A stretch of DNA of 63,356 nucleotides, counting the filler. It is 8 parts of 8 records of this genome, joined end to end, with 100 filler letters (N's around TTAATTAATTAA, not from the genome) between each part and the next. Parts side by side here need not be neighbours in the genome. Positions count along the whole stretch, not along the records: positions 58,206 to 63,356 come from SRR31147125_17554; 7 more parts are not named here. One strand, 5' to 3'. Positions 58,336 to 63,356 of this stretch are shown in pieces; within the stretch, counting starts at the first letter, position 1; every line of letters begins with the position of its first letter. A program made the position numbers and the translations under genes. Under the pieces are notes generated by a model. The model had not been told where the DNA came from and made no database searches. It saw only the letters and a list, made by a program, of their open reading frames with translations.

Positions 58336-58791
58336 TTATTCATTATCTAAAATCATTTTACTAAATAATTTTGTATCAAGCATCCAGGCTTCAAGATTTG
58401 TTTCTTTTTCAGCCTTTGGTGATTTTTTAAATATTTTTAATTCTGTATCCGATCCCAGTACCAAATCCAGGAATAATTCAGGGCAAAGCATCCATGGCTT
58501 AAGAATTGACTCAGTCTCTTCAATTACCAGAATTGATAACTCAAATTCTTCAGAGGACAAAAGATAATTAAATGTAACCTCTTCAGGTTCCAGATAAGAT
58601 GTTTGAGCCAATATAACTGAACTGCTCGCATTTGTGTCGAGTGAATTATTATCTAAGACACTGCAATTTCTTGCACTACTATTTAAGGATATGGTTGCTA
58701 AAATAACAATGTATAACATACACTTTAGATAACGTTCGGCTATGTTTTGCCTTTTATTAGGCATCTGTGATAATCTTGCTGTTGTTTTCAT
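58336..58791 (-). CDS. Hypothetical exported acidic protein with repeated E..L..WML motif
   Basis: SD AAGGAG; hydrophobic leader; ETESILKPWML and EKETNLEAWML. Confidence 0.7.
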   Translation of the reverse strand: MKTTARLSQMPNKRQNIAERYLKCMLYIVILATISLNSSARNCSVLDNNSLDTNASSSVILAQTSYLEPEEVTFNYLLSSEEFELSILVIEETESILKPWMLCPELFLDLVLGSDTELKIFKKSPKAEKETNLEAWMLDTKLFSKMILDNE

Positions 58792-58883
58792 GATTAATTC
58801 TCCTTTTGTAATAAAATTTTAAATTCATTTTTTTAATTTAAATTGAGCTCATTTAATCTTTCGAACATGTTTGTGAATTCAAA

Positions 58884-58900
58884 TTCAACTCTAATGCCAA
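58884..58900 (-). promoter_or_regulatory. Putative sigma-54 promoter
   Basis: Minus strand TTGGCAT-TAGAG-TTGAA, with TGT-N11/N10-ACA sites upstream at 58955-58993. Confidence 0.55.
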
Positions 58901-59207
58901 ACTGTATAATATATTGTGATATAGATTTTTAAACCAGAGTGGTTGCGTTTGTGTTGTCAAATTATTTTACACTTTAATGTGAATTATTTGACAGTTTTAG
59001 TAATGGGATTTATCAAATTATCAAGCTAAAATTATTTAAACAAATTTTTCAATCTGGTGTTAGAAACATATTTGTGTTAGCAGGAATATCGTAAAATTGG
59101 TAAAGGTCAAAATATAAAAAACACCAATAATTTTTGATTATGATTTCCTGTATTAATTAGATAATATTTAGTTATACATAAGTTAACAATACCAAATTAT
59201 TGAAATA

Positions 59208-59633
59208 GTGAAATCATATTTTATTTCGACCCTTATAGCATATGCTATTTTAATTGGCTGTGGAACGAACTCGGCCATCGAATCCCAAACAACCGGTAAG
59301 CAATTAATTTTTGGAAATGGAGGTGGATTTACCGGAGTGGGGAAATCCTATATAATACAAGAAAGTGGAATAATCTATTCTGCCAATTTGCTAAGTGGAG
59401 ATAAACAAGAACTTTTAAAAGTTAAAAATAGAACGTGTAAACAGCTGTTTAACAAGGCATCAGAAATAGCTTTGTTAAGTTCAGATTTCAATCACCCGGG
59501 AAATCGCTATTTTTTTATTGAATATAGCGATGGTAATAATAAGAACAGAGTTACCTGGGGAGATTCAGGCCACGAAGTACCATCAGAATTCAAAGAATTT
59601 TATCAATTGTTAGAAGAAATTGTAAAACCCTAA
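59208..59633 (+). CDS. Lipoprotein, emfourin (M4 protease inhibitor)-like
   Basis: Lipobox LIGC; GGGFTG, PGNRYFFIEY and VPSEFKEFYQLL; 12 bp upstream of the M4 protease gene. Confidence 0.6.
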   Translation: MKSYFISTLIAYAILIGCGTNSAIESQTTGKQLIFGNGGGFTGVGKSYIIQESGIIYSANLLSGDKQELLKVKNRTCKQLFNKASEIALLSSDFNHPGNRYFFIEYSDGNNKNRVTWGDSGHEVPSEFKEFYQLLEEIVKP

Positions 59634-59645
59634 AAAATATTTATA

Positions 59646-62600
59646 ATGAGAAATTGCATATTAACCGTTAGCTTCCTGCTTGTTGTTTCGATTAATTGTA
59701 TGGCTCAGCGTTCTTTTGATGATAAAAAAAGACCGGTATCCGCTGATACGAGCGATTTTTACTTTAAAGGTTTAACACTGCCAGCTAATTCCCAAACACC
59801 ATCTGTTAAATCAGCTGCCACATCAAAAAACTATAAATTAAACACAGATTTTAATAAAGCATTGCAAGAGAAAAAGTATAACCACACAAAAATTATAAAA
59901 TCAAATAGCGGGCTACCCATTTATATTCAGAGCAAGTCAGTACAAGAAAACACCTTAAAATCAGCAAAGAGCGAAAAAGACATTGGTTATGAATACTTGA
60001 ACGAAGTATCATCGCTACTTCAAATTCATTCTCCGGAAGAAGAGTTTTCTGTAAAATCGATTGATAAGGATAAGTTAGGGCACACCCACATAAAAATGGA
60101 ACAGACATACAAAGGCCTAAAGATTTTCGGATCAGAAATTAATGTGCATTTAAATGCTAATAATGAGGTTCGTTTATTAAATGGGCGAAATGTTCCCACG
60201 CCTTTGTTAAAGAATGTAGAGCCACAAATTTCAAAAGAAAAAGCATATGCAAATGTTATAGTCGATCTGGAAAAGCAAGAAACACATGTTCACGATGGAC
60301 ATACGCATAATCATATTTTTGATTACGATCCTCCGGAACCCGAATTATTGATTTATAAAACAGGTAATAATACCAGTAAACTTGTTTGGCACATCACCGC
60401 ATACCCCAATATTGTTGAACGTTGGGAATATTTTATTGATGCCATTGATGGTTCTGTCGTTGATAAAATAAATCATACCTGTACGTTGTTGCCACATGTG
60501 GATGCCAATGCAGTAGACCTGAATGGTGTAACGCGAACAATAGGTACTCATTTAGTCGATGGGAATTATTTTCTCATTAATTCTTCTAAACCCATGTTTG
60601 ATAATGGTTCGTCCGATTTGCCCGATAAAATTGTAGGTGGAATTGTTACACTTGATTTAAAAAACAAACCTTTGGCCGAGGAGAGTAGTTTGTATTATGT
60701 GACATCATCAAACAATAGTTGGGATAACCCAACAGCTGTTTCTGCCCATTATAACGCCGATGTTGCTTACGAATATTTTAGACAGGTTTTTGGTAGGAAT
60801 TCCATTGATGGTAGCGGGGGGACAATTTATTCAGTAATTAATGTAGCAGAGGATGAAGATGGAACAGGTTTGGACAATGCCTTTTGGAATGGTAAAGCAA
60901 TGTTTTATGGCAATGGCCATCTGGGCTTTACACCACTTGCCGGAGCCCTTGATGTTGGTGGCCATGAAATGGGGCATGGAGTAATCGAGAGTTCGGCCGG
61001 ACTTATATACAAAAATCAGTCGGGAGCAATAAACGAATCCATGGCTGATATTTTTGGTGTAATGATAGACCGTGATGATTGGCTACTGGCCGAAGATGTT
61101 GTTAATACCGAATATTTTCCAACAGGTGCAATGCGAAACATGCAGGATCCGCACAACGGGGGAAGCAGCCTAAATGACAGGGGCTGGCAACCAAATCATA
61201 TTTCAGAATTTTATTCAGGCACCGAAGATAATGGAGGAGTACATATAAATAGTGGTATTCCCAACAGGGCGTTTTACCAATTTGCTACAAACGTGGGCAA
61301 AGATAAAGCCGAACAGGTTTATTACAGGGCATTAACAGTTTACCTAACAGCGTCATCAGAATTTATTGATCTCCGTTTGGCTGTTGTTCAGGCGGCAACG
61401 GATATACATGGGGAATCTTCAGCAGAGGTAGAAGCCGCAAAAAGTGCTTTTGACCTTGTTGGTATCTATGCCAATGATTCAAATCCAACGCCCAACGAAG
61501 AAGAAGATGATGTGGTACCTGTATCAACAGGGGACGAGTATTTATTGCTGTACAATCTAAGTTTAACCGATCCAAATAAGATCTATATTTATGATATAGC
61601 AAACAATAACTTTATCCCGATCAGCCAGACCAACCTAGCCCGCAAGCCCAGTGTTTCTGATGATGGAAGTATTGCCATCTGCGTAACAGAGAACAATACA
61701 TTAAACATGATCGAGTTGAACGGTGCAAATTCAGTTGAATCTGTACTTAATGCCGAGGCAGTTTGGGGGAATGTTGCTATTTCGAAAGATGGAACAAAAA
61801 TAGCAGCTGTAGGTGCTCAAAATAACAATACCCTTGTAATCGGTGATTTAATCTCAGGAGAATCTGTGTCTTACACATTGTATAATCCAACAACAGTTGA
61901 AGGTGTTACTACTGGCAATGTAGAATATGCAGATGCGCTGGAATGGGATTATACGGGCGAATATGTTATGTACGATGCATTAAACACATTGCAAAATGCA
62001 GATGGATACGATGTGGAATACTGGGATATTGGCTTCTTAAAAGTTTGGGACAATGCCACAAACAGTTTTGGAGATGGTAGCATTCAGAAACTTTATGCCA
62101 ACTTACCCGATGGTATTAGCATTGGTAACCCCTCGTTTTCAAAAACCTCCAGGAATGTTGTTGCTTTTGATATGTACAATGCCAATCTGGACGAGTACAC
62201 GGTATTGGCTGGAAATATTGAAACAGGAGATTTGCAAACAGTTTGGAACAACACAAAGTTAGGATTCCCAAATTACACAACTACCGATGAACAATTGCTT
62301 TTTGATGGGGAAGATACAGATGGAAATGGGGTAGTTGCCCTTATTGATTTGGCCAATGATAAAATAACACCTGCCGGAAATGCATCCGTGTACATCTTAG
62401 AAGCTCAGTGGGGTATTTGGTATGCAGCAGGGGAACGGCAGATATTAAACAGTGGCAAAGAAATTACAGATTTCAGGTTTCAGAATACATTTCCTGTTAG
62501 TGTGGGCGCAATATCGGGTAACCAAATCAATATTGATGTGCCTGGTAATACAGATATATCAAGCTTAATTGCGTCTTTCTCCCTTTCCAGCAATGCAACA

Positions 62601-63005
62601 GCCAAAATAAATGGGAATACGCAACTTAGCGGTATCACAAAGAATAATTTTACAGGGCCGGTTACATATCAAATTATTGCAGAAGATGGTACTTCACAGA
62701 ATTATACGGTAAATGTGAATGTAGTAACCTCAGTTGAAAATGAAACTATAAGGCAGAACAAATTAAGAACCTATCCAAATCCATTTAATGAATCAGTACT
62801 TGTTGTATATGATGATATAAAATCCAATGCAGAAATTGTGATAGTTAACCTGCTTGGCCAGGTAATTCTTAAGAAAGAAGTTAAATCTGATATGAAAACC
62901 CCGACAGGTATTGAAGTTTATCTCCCTGAACTTGTACCCGGAGCATATATTTTACAGCTTATCAATGAAGGTGAGGTTTTGTCGACAAGAATTATTAAGG
63001 ATTAA
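59646..63005 (+). CDS. Thermolysin-family (M4) metalloprotease with FTP/PepSY propeptide, propeller-like region and T9SS C-terminal domain
   Basis: NAFWNG, HEMGH, GAINES, DNGGVHINSG; C-terminal YPNPF...PGAYIL...IIK. Confidence 0.93.
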   Translation: MRNCILTVSFLLVVSINCMAQRSFDDKKRPVSADTSDFYFKGLTLPANSQTPSVKSAATSKNYKLNTDFNKALQEKKYNHTKIIKSNSGLPIYIQSKSVQENTLKSAKSEKDIGYEYLNEVSSLLQIHSPEEEFSVKSIDKDKLGHTHIKMEQTYKGLKIFGSEINVHLNANNEVRLLNGRNVPTPLLKNVEPQISKEKAYANVIVDLEKQETHVHDGHTHNHIFDYDPPEPELLIYKTGNNTSKLVWHITAYPNIVERWEYFIDAIDGSVVDKINHTCTLLPHVDANAVDLNGVTRTIGTHLVDGNYFLINSSKPMFDNGSSDLPDKIVGGIVTLDLKNKPLAEESSLYYVTSSNNSWDNPTAVSAHYNADVAYEYFRQVFGRNSIDGSGGTIYSVINVAEDEDGTGLDNAFWNGKAMFYGNGHLGFTPLAGALDVGGHEMGHGVIESSAGLIYKNQSGAINESMADIFGVMIDRDDWLLAEDVVNTEYFPTGAMRNMQDPHNGGSSLNDRGWQPNHISEFYSGTEDNGGVHINSGIPNRAFYQFATNVGKDKAEQVYYRALTVYLTASSEFIDLRLAVVQAATDIHGESSAEVEAAKSAFDLVGIYANDSNPTPNEEEDDVVPVSTGDEYLLLYNLSLTDPNKIYIYDIANNNFIPISQTNLARKPSVSDDGSIAICVTENNTLNMIELNGANSVESVLNAEAVWGNVAISKDGTKIAAVGAQNNNTLVIGDLISGESVSYTLYNPTTVEGVTTGNVEYADALEWDYTGEYVMYDALNTLQNADGYDVEYWDIGFLKVWDNATNSFGDGSIQKLYANLPDGISIGNPSFSKTSRNVVAFDMYNANLDEYTVLAGNIETGDLQTVWNNTKLGFPNYTTTDEQLLFDGEDTDGNGVVALIDLANDKITPAGNASVYILEAQWGIWYAAGERQILNSGKEITDFRFQNTFPVSVGAISGNQINIDVPGNTDISSLIASFSLSSNATAKINGNTQLSGITKNNFTGPVTYQIIAEDGTSQNYTVNVNVVTSVENETIRQNKLRTYPNPFNESVLVVYDDIKSNAEIVIVNLLGQVILKKEVKSDMKTPTGIEVYLPELVPGAYILQLINEGEVLSTRIIKD

Positions 63006-63066
63006 AGTTGATGTGAACCATGATTTTCCTTAAAAGGCTATTGTTGAAAATTGTACTTAGAGAATG

Positions 63067-63211
63067 AATAAAAGAAGCTTTCCAAAAAGTCTATCTATGA
63101 TAACATATCGACTTTACTCGACGTGACAACTCTCTAACAGTCAGCGTCAGTTCGAGCGGAGCCGAGAATTATTTGAGTAATATGAATACTTTTTGGAAAG
63201 CCTCTTTTATT
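63067..63211. mobile_element. 145-bp MITE/REPIN-like element
   Basis: 24-bp terminal inverted repeats with one mismatch (AATAAAAGAAGCTTTCCAAAAAGT / ACTTTTTGGAAAGCCTCTTTTATT) enclosing an imperfect inverted REP-like pair. Confidence 0.65.
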
Positions 63212-63356
63212 TTGAGTAATTTGGTGGGGTTTCAATACTTGCTTGTGATATAATATCTCATTTTAGCGAATTTAAATTGCCAATAATTATGTTGCGATAA
63301 AGTAACGCGAGTTCGGGTATTAAAAGTCAACTATTCAACACTTTAGACTATTTAAA

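Overview
This is not one genomic locus. It is eight unrelated contigs joined by artificial 100-bp N/TTAATTAATTAA linkers: A 1-12514, B 12615-25726, C 25827-30886, D 30987-37220, E 37321-44593, F 44694-50460, G 50561-58105, H 58206-63356. About a dozen genes are split by 1-bp indels in homopolymer runs, most likely sequencing errors. A: GH38, two GH106-like glycosidases, a PabB-PabC fusion and an S9-type peptidase. B: metallophosphoesterase, a DUF1573/Ig-like exported protein with an in-frame TGA, MBL hydrolase, Hsp20, two Tat sulfatases, a PL11-like lyase, DUF554 and a large topoisomerase IB. C (GC-rich): alkaline phosphatase, AraC, TonB receptor, PEP-CTERM protein. D: cupin, SGNH, GNAT, AAA ATPase, membrane LuxR, serine hydrolase. 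E: tandem paralogous Sel1-repeat proteins with an unrecognised N-terminal domain. F (Bacteroidota-like): CysE, MATE, multi-PAS sensor. G (Clostridia-like): DnaC/DnaD, HAD, HprK, PerR. H (Bacteroidota-like): T9SS-secreted M4 protease with an adjacent lipoprotein. The best leads are (1) a candidate exported selenoprotein with a U-G-C motif (TGA at 14393), (2) a eukaryote/thaumarchaeal-type topoisomerase IB on a bacterial contig, (3) an emfourin-like lipoprotein paired with an M4 protease, (4) a catalytically dead alpha/beta hydrolase coupled to dnaD-dnaC, and (5) the Sel1 paralogue array. Family and taxon calls come from motif recognition only; no searches were run.
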